In this document: positions 17,400 through 25,410 of the stretch, piece after piece
Layout of the letters: the number at the start of each line of letters is the position of its first letter
How positions within the stretch are numbered: position 1 is the stretch's first letter
NCBI RefSeq assembly: GCF_017876815.1
Contig: NZ_JAGIOS010000002.1
Span: 990,001 to 1,022,000, forward strand
Source of the DNA: Sinorhizobium meliloti
Lineage (GTDB): Bacteria > Pseudomonadota > Alphaproteobacteria > Rhizobiales > Rhizobiaceae
Direction of reading: 5' to 3'
DNA: 32,000 nt
The notes under the pieces: model-generated
Database searches by the model: none
Told to the model about the DNA's origin: nothing
Seen by the model: only the letters and a program-made list of their open reading frames with translations
Program-made: the position numbers and the translations under genes

Positions 17400-17573
17400 A
17401 TGTTGACAAACTATTTCTGGCTTTTTGTCACCGGCGGTGGCGCCTTCATACTCGGCGCTGCGGTCGCCTATGCCATCTTGAAGCAGAGGCCGCTCTCGCG
17501 TGCCGAAAAGCAGGCGCAGAAGCAGAAGGTCGAGGAACTTTACGAGCAGTCGCCGGAGAACCGGCCCCGCTGA
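17400..17573 (+). CDS. Small single-pass membrane protein, 57 aa (absent from the ORF track because it is under 60 aa)
   Basis: My translation: MLTNYFWLFVTGGGAFILGAAVAYAILKQRPLSRAEKQAQKQKVEELYEQSPENRPR. SD GAGGAG 17386-17391, 8 nt before the ATG. One TM helix plus a charged tail. Has its own GGAAC promoter. Confidence 0.6.
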   Translation: MLTNYFWLFVTGGGAFILGAAVAYAILKQRPLSRAEKQAQKQKVEELYEQSPENRPR

Positions 17574-17655
17574 TCGCCGGGCGGCGAGACGACTGCCACG
17601 GGAGGCTTCCTGAACGAGCGAAGCACGCGAGGAAAGGGCCTGCGGCGCTTTGCAG

Positions 17656-17680
17656 GGAACAAGGTTCTAAATGGCTCGTT
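17656..17680 (+). promoter_or_regulatory. EcfG/RpoE2-type promoter for the three-gene membrane-protein operon
   Basis: GGAAC-aaggttctaaatggct-CGTT (N16; full consensus), ending 50 nt before ATG 17730. Confidence 0.7.
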
Positions 17681-17729
17681 TGATTGCGTAGACGATAACG
17701 ATCCCCGTTATGCATGGGAGGAGCCGACA

Positions 17730-18308
17730 ATGACCAATGACACAAGCGGCCGAGGGTCCGGCGATCCCTTGGGCAGGCCTTTGACGGCCGCGCAAGGCAT
17801 CGAGCGCGTAAGCGGCGTGCAAGCTGGTGACACGGGCGGACAGGGCGAGGCGGGTGACCGCAGCCTTGAGAACGCCGTGCGTGAAGACGTGAACGAGTTC
17901 AAAGAGTTCGCCAGTGAACACACGGAGCAGGCAAAGGCGGCGGTCGGCCGCGCCGTGGAGGATGAGAAGAACGTCGCTGCACGGCAGTTGAGCGGTGTTG
18001 CTGCGGCACTCGAGAAGGTCGGAAACGAGCTAGAACAATCGGATCAACGGGCCATCGGCCGCTATGCAAAGCAGATCGGCACGTCGCTCCAGGGCTTCGC
18101 GCGCAAGGCCGAGGGCCGCAATCTTGGTGAGATCGCCGGAATGGTCGAAGATTTCGGCAGAAAGCAGCCACTCGCCTTCCTCGGCATGGCGGCAATCGCA
18201 GGACTGGCCGCAAGTCGGTTCCTCACCGCTTCGCCTCCACGCCGGGACGGACGGGATGCTTCGGGACGGACCCGTCAATCAAGCGAGAAGGAACCCTATA
18301 ATGGCTAA
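17730..18308 (+). CDS. Tail-anchored stress protein (disordered N-terminus, helical middle, C-terminal TM; ElaB/YqjD-like architecture), 192 aa
   Basis: SD GGGAGGAG before ATG 17730. Helical A/E/K-rich core. C-terminal hydrophobic segment PLAFLGMAAIAGLAASRFL. Confidence 0.7.
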   Translation: MTNDTSGRGSGDPLGRPLTAAQGIERVSGVQAGDTGGQGEAGDRSLENAVREDVNEFKEFASEHTEQAKAAVGRAVEDEKNVAARQLSGVAAALEKVGNELEQSDQRAIGRYAKQIGTSLQGFARKAEGRNLGEIAGMVEDFGRKQPLAFLGMAAIAGLAASRFLTASPPRRDGRDASGRTRQSSEKEPYNG

Positions 18309-18720
18309 TCATCGGGATGAGCGCCCCCTGACGGAACTGATGACCGGTCTGGTGGCGGATATATCCGGTCTTTTCCGGAAGGAAATCGACCTCGCGAAAG
18401 CCGAGGCCTCCGAGAATCTGAATCGAGCGGTCGGCAGCCTCGAGACGCTGCTCGTCGGGCTGATCTTTGCCATAGGCGCCGTAGGCGTGCTGCTCAGTGC
18501 CGTCGTCCAGGGTCTTGGCGCCTTCCTCGTGGCTCAGGGCATGACCGAAGCGAATGCCGATGCGTTGTCAGCGGCCATCGTCGGCGTGGTCGTCGCCTTG
18601 CTTGCCTGGGCGATGATTTCGCGCGGCCTCTCGGCGCTCAAGGGCAGCAGCATCCAATTCGATCGGACGGCCGCCTCCCTGCAGCGCGATGCGAACGTGG
18701 TGAAGGAGAGACTGCAATGA
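18301..18720 (+). CDS. Two-TM 'phage holin family'/YqjE-like membrane protein (139 aa)
   Basis: MANHRDERPLTELMTGLVADISGLFRKEIDLAKAE.., then two long hydrophobic helices. ATG 18301 overlaps the upstream gene by 8 nt. The tracked 218-aa ORF is over-extended. Confidence 0.75.
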   Translation: MANHRDERPLTELMTGLVADISGLFRKEIDLAKAEASENLNRAVGSLETLLVGLIFAIGAVGVLLSAVVQGLGAFLVAQGMTEANADALSAAIVGVVVALLAWAMISRGLSALKGSSIQFDRTAASLQRDANVVKERLQ

Positions 18721-19691
18721 ACGATTCCGCACACACGCACTCCGCCGCCGAACTGCAGCGCGAGATCGAGGCCGACCGCCAGCGAATTGAGGAAAAGCTC
18801 CACGAAATTCAGGAGCGCATGTCGCCGGGAGAACTGATGGACGAACTGCTCGAATATGCAAAAACGAGCGGCGGGTCCGAATATCTGAGCAATCTCGGCG
18901 TGGCGCTCAAGTCAAACCCGATCCCGGTTGCCCTGATGGGGGTGAGCCTCGCCTGGCTGATCGCCAACCCGGCCTCGCGCGCGCCGCGACAGGGGGAGGG
19001 GAATGACGGCGCGGATGACTATCCGCTTGCACCCGTAAGGGGCTCCGTCCGGCGAGTGGGTCCGGTGGAGGCGAGCTTCGGCGAGCGCTACAGTCACTTC
19101 ACGGATGAAAGCGGCAGCCGCTTCCGCGCCCTTACGGACGAAGCCGGCCGGCGGGCCGGCCACTTCGTCGACCCCGCCGGAAAGGTCTATCGCGGCTTTA
19201 CCGACGCGGCAGGCAAGCAGATCGAAGATATCAGGGACGAGACCGGCGCCCTGTTCGACGAGGCGTCCGGCTGGGCGTCCCGGACGTGGAGGCAGGTGAG
19301 CGCCGCGGCGGGACGGATGTCCGACTCGGTAACGGGAGCCGGCAGATCTCTCGCCGGCAGCATGCAGAATGCCGGCCGGTCGCTCGAAGAGCAGGGCGCG
19401 CATCTCAACGCGGCCATCTTGAGGCACTTCCGCGACCAGCCGCTTGTCGGCGGAGCGCTCGCCTTTGCCGTCGGTGCAGCGATAGGGGCGGCGCTGCCCC
19501 ATAGCGAGGCCGAGGACGAGGCGATAGGCGAAATGGCCGAAGATGTGCGGTCCAATCTGGCGGCCAGGGCGAATGCCGGAGTGGCGCAAGCCATGGAGGC
19601 TGGGCAGGAAATCCTCGACAAGGCCGGCGATGCGGCGCTGGAAGCGCATGACGCAGCCAAGGATCGCCTGCAGCAGTCGGTCCGGGAGTAG
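18717..19691 (+). CDS. DUF3618-like membrane protein (324 aa)
   Basis: N-terminus SAAELQREIEADRQRIEEKLHEIQERMSPGELMDELL (DUF3618-like). Two TM segments. Internal TD[EA][AS]G quasi-repeats. ATGA overlap with the upstream gene at 18717-18720. Confidence 0.75.
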   Translation: MNDSAHTHSAAELQREIEADRQRIEEKLHEIQERMSPGELMDELLEYAKTSGGSEYLSNLGVALKSNPIPVALMGVSLAWLIANPASRAPRQGEGNDGADDYPLAPVRGSVRRVGPVEASFGERYSHFTDESGSRFRALTDEAGRRAGHFVDPAGKVYRGFTDAAGKQIEDIRDETGALFDEASGWASRTWRQVSAAAGRMSDSVTGAGRSLAGSMQNAGRSLEEQGAHLNAAILRHFRDQPLVGGALAFAVGAAIGAALPHSEAEDEAIGEMAEDVRSNLAARANAGVAQAMEAGQEILDKAGDAALEAHDAAKDRLQQSVRE

Positions 19692-19738
19692 CCCTCCCTC
19701 GCGGCCATTTCCATACGGAAATGAGTAGTTTGAAATGG

Positions 19739-19771
19739 CGGAGCGTTTCAGTCAAACACTGAAACGCTCCG
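19739..19771. repeat. REP-like hairpin / probable terminator after the stress operon
   Basis: cggagcgtttcagt (19739-19752) / actgaaacgctccg (19758-19771), 14-bp stem with 5-nt loop. Preceded by a smaller hairpin, catttcc/ggaaatg, at 19706-19723. Confidence 0.6.
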
Positions 19772-19855
19772 TTGCTGCATCTTTCCTGATCAGAGCTCCC
19801 CCACCCGCGAATCTGCGCTCTTGTGGCAGCCGGCGCTTACGCCCGTCAATGCCGC

Positions 19856-19901
19856 AAATCGTTTTGCAAATCGTTTTGAAAAACGATTTGCAAAACGATT
19901 T
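19856..19901. promoter_or_regulatory. 46-bp perfect AT-rich palindrome (4 copies of an AAATCGTTTT-type half-site); candidate operator array overlapping the LacI-family gene promoter
   Basis: aaatcgttttgcaaatcgtttt (19856-19877), ga, aaaacgatttgcaaaacgattt (19880-19901); the arms are exact reverse complements. It ends 21 nt before ATG 19923. Confidence 0.6.
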
Positions 19902-19922
19902 ATCCTCGATTATTCAATAGGC

Positions 19923-20927
19923 ATGACAACGATTGCCAAAGTCGCCAAACGAGCGGGCGTATCTCTGACCACGGTCTCGCACGTGTTGAATCATGCAGAC
20001 CGCGTTTCGGCGGAAATGCGTAGAAGGGTGGAAGTGGCGATAGCGGAGCTCGGTTACGTACCGAACCCCCAGGCACAAAGCCTGCGCACGGGGCGGACCA
20101 ACCTCGTGGCGATGCTGATCCCGGATATCCGCAACCCCTTCTATCCGGAACTCGTAAAAGCGGCCCAGTCGGATCTCCAGGCGATGGGGCTGGATCTACT
20201 GATCTTCAATACCGACGTTCCCGGCGGTCACTCGCAGGAACATAGCCGGCAATATCTGAGGCACATACGAAACCGCCGGATCGACGGATTGATCGTCGGC
20301 GATTTTGCCCTGCATGACATGCACGACGCATTGATCGGCATAGACGTCCCCACCGTCTTCATCGGCGACCTGCCGAATGCAGCCGTCGACAGCGTCAAGA
20401 TCGACGATTTCGGCGGCGGTTATCAGATGGGCGCCTACCTTGCGAAGAGAGGCCACAAGCGCATAGCCCATGTCACGGGCCCGTCTTTCTTTGCCGAGGC
20501 CATGGCAAGAGCGGCGGGTTTCGAACAGGGCCTGCGCGATCACGGCGTGGAGCCACTCGCCGAACTGCGGCGCGAAGGCACCTATCTTAGTCCGTCCGGC
20601 CGGGAAGCCGTGGAATGGCTGCTGGCGACCAGTGGCGATCACCTACCTTCAGTCGTCTTTTTCGGCAATTTTCTCATGGCGGCGGGGGCGATTGCCGAAT
20701 TCCATGACCGCGGCGTCCGTATTCCCGACGACGTTTCGATTGCCGTTTTCGGCGACCAGCCCCAGCTCGAATATGTGCGGCCGCGGATCGCGCGTGTCGG
20801 CAACACCCCTTCGCTGCTCGCGCACCGAGCAACCGCCATGCTGCTCGAACGGTTGTCGGGCGAGTATTCAGGGTCGCCCCGCTCGGAGGTGATCCCCTGC
20901 ATCCTTCACGCCTTCGATACGGCGTAG
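19923..20927 (+). CDS. LacI-family transcriptional regulator (334 aa)
   Basis: HTH MTTIAKVAKRAGVSLTTVSHVLNH, then a periplasmic-binding-protein-like sugar-binding domain. Start re-set to ATG 19923; the upstream part of the tracked ORF merely translates the palindrome. Confidence 0.9.
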   Translation: MTTIAKVAKRAGVSLTTVSHVLNHADRVSAEMRRRVEVAIAELGYVPNPQAQSLRTGRTNLVAMLIPDIRNPFYPELVKAAQSDLQAMGLDLLIFNTDVPGGHSQEHSRQYLRHIRNRRIDGLIVGDFALHDMHDALIGIDVPTVFIGDLPNAAVDSVKIDDFGGGYQMGAYLAKRGHKRIAHVTGPSFFAEAMARAAGFEQGLRDHGVEPLAELRREGTYLSPSGREAVEWLLATSGDHLPSVVFFGNFLMAAGAIAEFHDRGVRIPDDVSIAVFGDQPQLEYVRPRIARVGNTPSLLAHRATAMLLERLSGEYSGSPRSEVIPCILHAFDTA

Positions 20928-20987
20928 GGCGAAGCCGCCCTCCGGAGAGGAGCCGGGGGGTGTTTACCAGCAAAACGGGAGGAATTA

Positions 20988-22343
20988 ATGAGTGACAGAG
21001 AGAAGGTTTTTCCGACACTGACCCGACGCGGCCTGCTGAAGGGCGGTGCGGCGGTCGCCGGCGGTATCGTCGGCCTCGGCGGATTTCCCTACATCAACCG
21101 CTTCGCCGTACGCGCCCAGGAAGCACCGCTGAAATTCTGGCAGTTCTACGCACCCGGCGGGCCGGTGGCGAGCCAGGTCGCATGGTTCGAGAAGACGGTC
21201 GCCGACTGGAACGACAGCCACCCGCAGAAGATCGAACTCGAGTTCATTCCGAACTCCGAATATATCAGTGGTCCGAAACTGGCGACTGCCTTCGCCTCCG
21301 GCGAGGGACCTGACATATTCATCATCTCGCCGGGCGACTTCCTGCGCTACTATAATGGCGGCGTCCTCAAGGATCTGACCCCCTTCATCGATGATAAGGC
21401 CAAGGCGGACTTTCCCGAAAGCGTCATCGCAAACCGCATGGTGGACGGCAAGATCTTCGGCATCCCGATGGAAGTCGAGCCGATGGCGATGTACTATTCG
21501 GTCAAGGCTTTCGAGGAGGCCGGCCTCAACGAGAACGATGTTCCCAAGACATGGGAGGCGCTGCTTGAGGTCGCAAAGAAGCTCACGACTCCCGAGCGCT
21601 TCGGAGTGATGTTCGAGACCCAGCCGGGATATTACCAGAACTTCACGTGGTATCCGTTCCTTTGGCAGGGCGGCGGCGAATTCCAGACGGCCGACGGCAA
21701 GAGCAGCTTCGATTCGCCGGCAACGGTGCAAGCGCTCAAATTCTGGCAGGATGCGATCAACAGTGGGGTGGCGCCCCGCCAGATCATGGGTGCGGGCGGG
21801 CACGATACCATTGCCAACCTCGCATCCGGCTATGTCGCAATGCAGAATGTCGGCATCTGGGGCATTTCACAGCTTCAGAGCAACGCCAAGGATTTCCAGT
21901 ATGGCGTCTTCCGGCTGCCCACGCCGCCGAACGGCAAATATGTGACCGTCGGCGGCGGATGGGCATTCGTCGCCAATGCAAATGGCCACAACTCCGACGC
22001 GGCGGGCGAGTTCTGCGCCTGGGCCCTCGCCTCCATGGATCAGGGCTCTGTCAACCGGGTCGCCAACTGGTGCACCAAGGGCAAATCAGACATGCCGCCG
22101 CGCAACAGCGCGCTGAAGAGTGGCGGCGGGGCCTTCTCGACGGGTATGATCGGCAAATTCGCCGAGGAGATTCATCCCGGGACGCGGGCCGAGCCGCGCG
22201 TTCCGCCGGAGGTGTACAAGATCATCTCCGATGCGATCCAGCAGACGCAGCTAGGCGGCGCCGATCCGCAAGCGACGGCGACGGCCGCCTCTCAGCAGCT
22301 CGACGCGTTTCTCGCGAGCTATCAAGGCGCGCCGATCCTTTGA
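20988..22343 (+). CDS. Sugar ABC transporter substrate-binding protein (451 aa)
   Basis: Tat-like signal TRRGLLKGGAAVAGGIVGLGG. Family-1 SBP features (WNDSHPQKIELEFIP.., DIFIISPGDFLRYY). SD GGGAGG before ATG 20988. Confidence 0.9.
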   Translation: MSDREKVFPTLTRRGLLKGGAAVAGGIVGLGGFPYINRFAVRAQEAPLKFWQFYAPGGPVASQVAWFEKTVADWNDSHPQKIELEFIPNSEYISGPKLATAFASGEGPDIFIISPGDFLRYYNGGVLKDLTPFIDDKAKADFPESVIANRMVDGKIFGIPMEVEPMAMYYSVKAFEEAGLNENDVPKTWEALLEVAKKLTTPERFGVMFETQPGYYQNFTWYPFLWQGGGEFQTADGKSSFDSPATVQALKFWQDAINSGVAPRQIMGAGGHDTIANLASGYVAMQNVGIWGISQLQSNAKDFQYGVFRLPTPPNGKYVTVGGGWAFVANANGHNSDAAGEFCAWALASMDQGSVNRVANWCTKGKSDMPPRNSALKSGGGAFSTGMIGKFAEEIHPGTRAEPRVPPEVYKIISDAIQQTQLGGADPQATATAASQQLDAFLASYQGAPIL

Positions 22344-22400
22344 CGGCCACACCGGCGGCCGCACCGGATGCGGCCGCCTCAGTAAGCTGGACATGATGCC

Positions 22401-23344
22401 ATGACAACGATTGCCCAATCGGCCGCGCGGCGCAGGCACGCCGGCCGAACCCGCCTTTCCGCCAAACATCGCGAATGGATCGCGGGCTATCTCTTCGTGC
22501 TGCCGGATGCGCTGGGGCTGTTCATTTTTCTCGGCGTCCCGATGGCGCTATCCCTGGTGCTCAGCGTCTTCGAGGTCAACGGTTTCGGCGGTTACTCCTT
22601 CGTCGGCGCCAGGAATTACCTGCGCATGTGGAACGACCCGCTGTTCTGGAAGGGAGCGAGGGTCCCGCGCTCTACGCCGCCATGCTGGTCCCGCTGCTCT
22701 ACGTATGCGGGCTGGGTCTTGCCCTTCTCGTGCAGCGTACCGATCGCTTCAACGCGATCATGCGCTCGATGTTCTTTGCGCCGCACATGGTCAGCCTCGT
22801 CGTCGTCGCGCTCGTCTGGCAATTCATGGTCGTCGACAAGATCGGCGTTGTCAGCAGGCTGACCGCCGCTCTCGACATCGGCGGCATCTCCCTCCTCGGC
22901 GATCCCAACTTCGCGCTGATCACCATCGTCCTAGTCAGCGTCTGGTTCCTGATGGGATTCTACATGCTGATCTTCCTGGGCGGTCTGCAGGACATTCCCC
23001 GTCAATATTACGAGGCGGCGATGATCGACGGGGCGGGTGCCATCGCCCGCTTCTGGTTCATCACGCTGCCGCTTCTCAAGCCCACGAGCTTTTTCGTGAT
23101 CATGGTGTCCATGGTCGCGGCCGTCGCAGGCGCGCAGGCCTTCGACATCATCTACGTCATGACCAAGGGCGGGCCTGCGAACGCCACGTCGGTGCTGATC
23201 GTCTATATCTATCAGCAGGCTTTCGGTTTCGGCGCCTTCGGCTATGCGGCAGCCATGGCCTCCATCCTGGTCGTGGCGCTCATGATCGTGACGGCTGTTT
23301 TCTTTGCTCTGACGCGGGGAGGACGGTTCCATCATGAGCAGTAA
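22401..23344 (+). pseudogene. Sugar ABC transporter permease (MalF/UgpA-like) interrupted by a -1 frameshift near 22660-22667
   Basis: The N-terminal ~85 aa are in the frame of 22401 (..AGYLFVLPDALGLFIFLGVP..ARNYLRMWNDPLFWKG). The remainder is in the frame of 22475 (ALYAAMLVPLLYVCGLGLALLV..EAAMIDGAGAIARFWFITLPLLKP). The two frames join at ggtCCCgcg. Confidence 0.75.
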
Positions 23345-24182
23345 GCGTCCCCAGCCATTTTTCTCCCGATCGCAGGTCACGCTGGTCCGTGGCCTCTGGA
23401 TGGTGGTGACGGCGATCCTCGCCTTCATGACGCTCTTTCCGCTCCTCTGGATGGTATCGATCGCCTTCAAGCCGGCCGCCGAGTCGTTCTCTTCGAACCT
23501 TATCCCGCAGGCACCGACGCTCGACAACTTCATCTATGTACTGACCGGCGTTCCGTTCATCCGATACATGGTCAACAGCTTCCTCGTGTCCGCCACGGTC
23601 ACGGTCGTGGCGCTGTTCTTCCACACCATGGCCGGTTATGCGCTGGCGCGGCTGAGATTTCCCGGCCGAGAGGTGATGTTTCTCTCAATCTTCTCGACGT
23701 TCCTGGTCTCGCTGCCGGTGATCATCGTGCCGCTCTTCGTCATCGTCAAAGCCATGGGCATGCTCAACTCCTACGCAGGATTGATCATCCCGGCGATCTT
23801 CAATGCCTTCGGCATCTTCCTTCTCAGGCAGTATTACCTGTCGCTGCCCAAGGAGATCGAGGAAGCCGCCCGCATCGACGGCGCGGGTTACTGGCGGATC
23901 TACTGGAGCGTCATCCTCCCGCTCAGCCGCCCAATCATGTCGGCACTGGCGATCCTGTTTTTCCTGGCCAACTGGAACTCCTTCCTGTGGCCGCTCACCA
24001 TCACCTCGGACCCCGATCTCTGGGTCGTCCAACTCGGGATTGCGAATTTCAAGAGCCAGTATTCGGCGTCCTGGAACTACATGATGGCCGCTTCCACGAT
24101 CGTCGCCATTCCGACCCTCATCCTCTTCGTGATCTTCCAGAGGCAGATCATGGATTCCCTCAAGACCAGCGGGCTCAAGTGA
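23334..24182 (+). CDS. Sugar ABC transporter permease (MalG/UgpE-like), 282 aa
   Basis: EAA-loop region EEAARIDGAGYWRIYWSVILPLSRP. Six hydrophobic segments. Overlaps the upstream permease by 11 nt. Confidence 0.9.
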   Translation: MSSKRPQPFFSRSQVTLVRGLWMVVTAILAFMTLFPLLWMVSIAFKPAAESFSSNLIPQAPTLDNFIYVLTGVPFIRYMVNSFLVSATVTVVALFFHTMAGYALARLRFPGREVMFLSIFSTFLVSLPVIIVPLFVIVKAMGMLNSYAGLIIPAIFNAFGIFLLRQYYLSLPKEIEEAARIDGAGYWRIYWSVILPLSRPIMSALAILFFLANWNSFLWPLTITSDPDLWVVQLGIANFKSQYSASWNYMMAASTIVAIPTLILFVIFQRQIMDSLKTSGLK

Positions 24183-24212
24183 GCTGCGAGCGATTACACA
24201 GGAGCAATTCGA

Positions 24213-25409
24213 ATGACCAATGCCGGCCTCTCGCCCCTTCGCGGTCTCGCGAAGCTGCGCAAAGCGAAAACGCGCCGCTTCTCCAGCCATGACCGCACCG
24301 GCGGCAACGACGACAGGCTGCACATCGAACCCGGCAAGACGGTGGTGATCGGTGAATACGAAGGTGCCGGCATCGTCACCCATATCTGGGCGACGCTCGC
24401 ATGCGAGAGCGAGGACTTCCTGCGCAAAATCGTGCTCAGGGCCTACTGGGACGGTGAGACGGAGCCGAGCATCGAAGCGCCTGTCGGCGACTTCTTCGGC
24501 ATGGGCCATGCCCGCACCGCCAATTATACAAGCCTGCCGATGCAGGCCAGCCCGGAGGATGGCAAGGCCTTCAACTGCTACTTCCCCATGCCCTTCGGCT
24601 CGCAAATGAAGTTCACCGTCACCAACGAGGCCGAACACGACGTCCTCTTCTACTACTATATCGACCTCGAGCTTCACGATGTCCTCGAGGAGGACATGGG
24701 CCGTTTCCACGCACATTACCGTCAGGCACGGCCGGCGGGTATGAGCGAAGCCGGGCTGACCAACGAACAGTTCCTTTTCGGCGGCGAGAACGTCGATGGT
24801 CGAGAGAATTACACGATCCTTGAGGCCGAAGGGCGCGGCCATTACGTCGGCGTACTCTACAGCGTATACTCGCGGCGCCGTTCCGAGGTCTGGGATTGGT
24901 ATGGCGAAGGCGACGACATGATCTTCATCGATGGCGAGCAGGGACTGTCGGTACCGGATACCGTGCGCAAGCCCGATCCGCGCATCGGTCCGAAGGCGGC
25001 GTTGATCGAACCGCGGCCCGAGTCTGAACCAGGTGCCAACGACGCCTGGCCACCGACCCTGCACGGCACGGGCACGGAAGACTATTTCAACACCGCCTGG
25101 TGTCCGACCCAGGATTATAGCGCGCCCTACCACGGCATCATCGCGGCCGGCGGCCCCAACTGGACCGAACCGGTAACGCTCTACCGCTGGCACATCGAAG
25201 ATCCCGCCATCTTCCACAAGGCCATTCGGGTGACGATCGAACGGGGCCATGCCAACCGCCGCGGCGACGATATCTCCTCCGTAGCCTTCTGGTACCAGGC
25301 AGAGCCGCATAAGCCCTTCGGCAAGTTCCCCGATGTTGCGGACCGGGTACCGACTTATCGCCGCCCGTTCCACAACATGGAAGCGGCAATGAAAAAGGCG
25401 AGAGGCTGA
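24213..25409 (+). CDS. DUF2961 / glycoside hydrolase family 172-like protein (398 aa)
   Basis: [62 protein letters not shown] ... [13 protein letters not shown] are the blocks I associate with DUF2961. SD AGGAG before ATG 24213. Confidence 0.8.
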   Translation: MTNAGLSPLRGLAKLRKAKTRRFSSHDRTGGNDDRLHIEPGKTVVIGEYEGAGIVTHIWATLACESEDFLRKIVLRAYWDGETEPSIEAPVGDFFGMGHARTANYTSLPMQASPEDGKAFNCYFPMPFGSQMKFTVTNEAEHDVLFYYYIDLELHDVLEEDMGRFHAHYRQARPAGMSEAGLTNEQFLFGGENVDGRENYTILEAEGRGHYVGVLYSVYSRRRSEVWDWYGEGDDMIFIDGEQGLSVPDTVRKPDPRIGPKAALIEPRPESEPGANDAWPPTLHGTGTEDYFNTAWCPTQDYSAPYHGIIAAGGPNWTEPVTLYRWHIEDPAIFHKAIRVTIERGHANRRGDDISSVAFWYQAEPHKPFGKFPDVADRVPTYRRPFHNMEAAMKKARG

Positions 25410-25410
25410 G

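Noticed and set aside
18301-18720. Holin-like gene as evidence of a prophage or lysis cassette
   Set aside because: No endolysin, spanin, terminase, capsid, integrase or att-like repeats anywhere nearby. The gene is coupled to stress-regulon membrane proteins behind an EcfG-type promoter, which fits a YqjE-like housekeeping/stress role.
22640-22680. Programmed ribosomal frameshift in the permease gene
   Set aside because: No slippery heptamer (X XXY YYZ) and no downstream structure is evident at the junction. A simple 1-nt indel in a CCC run is the more economical explanation.
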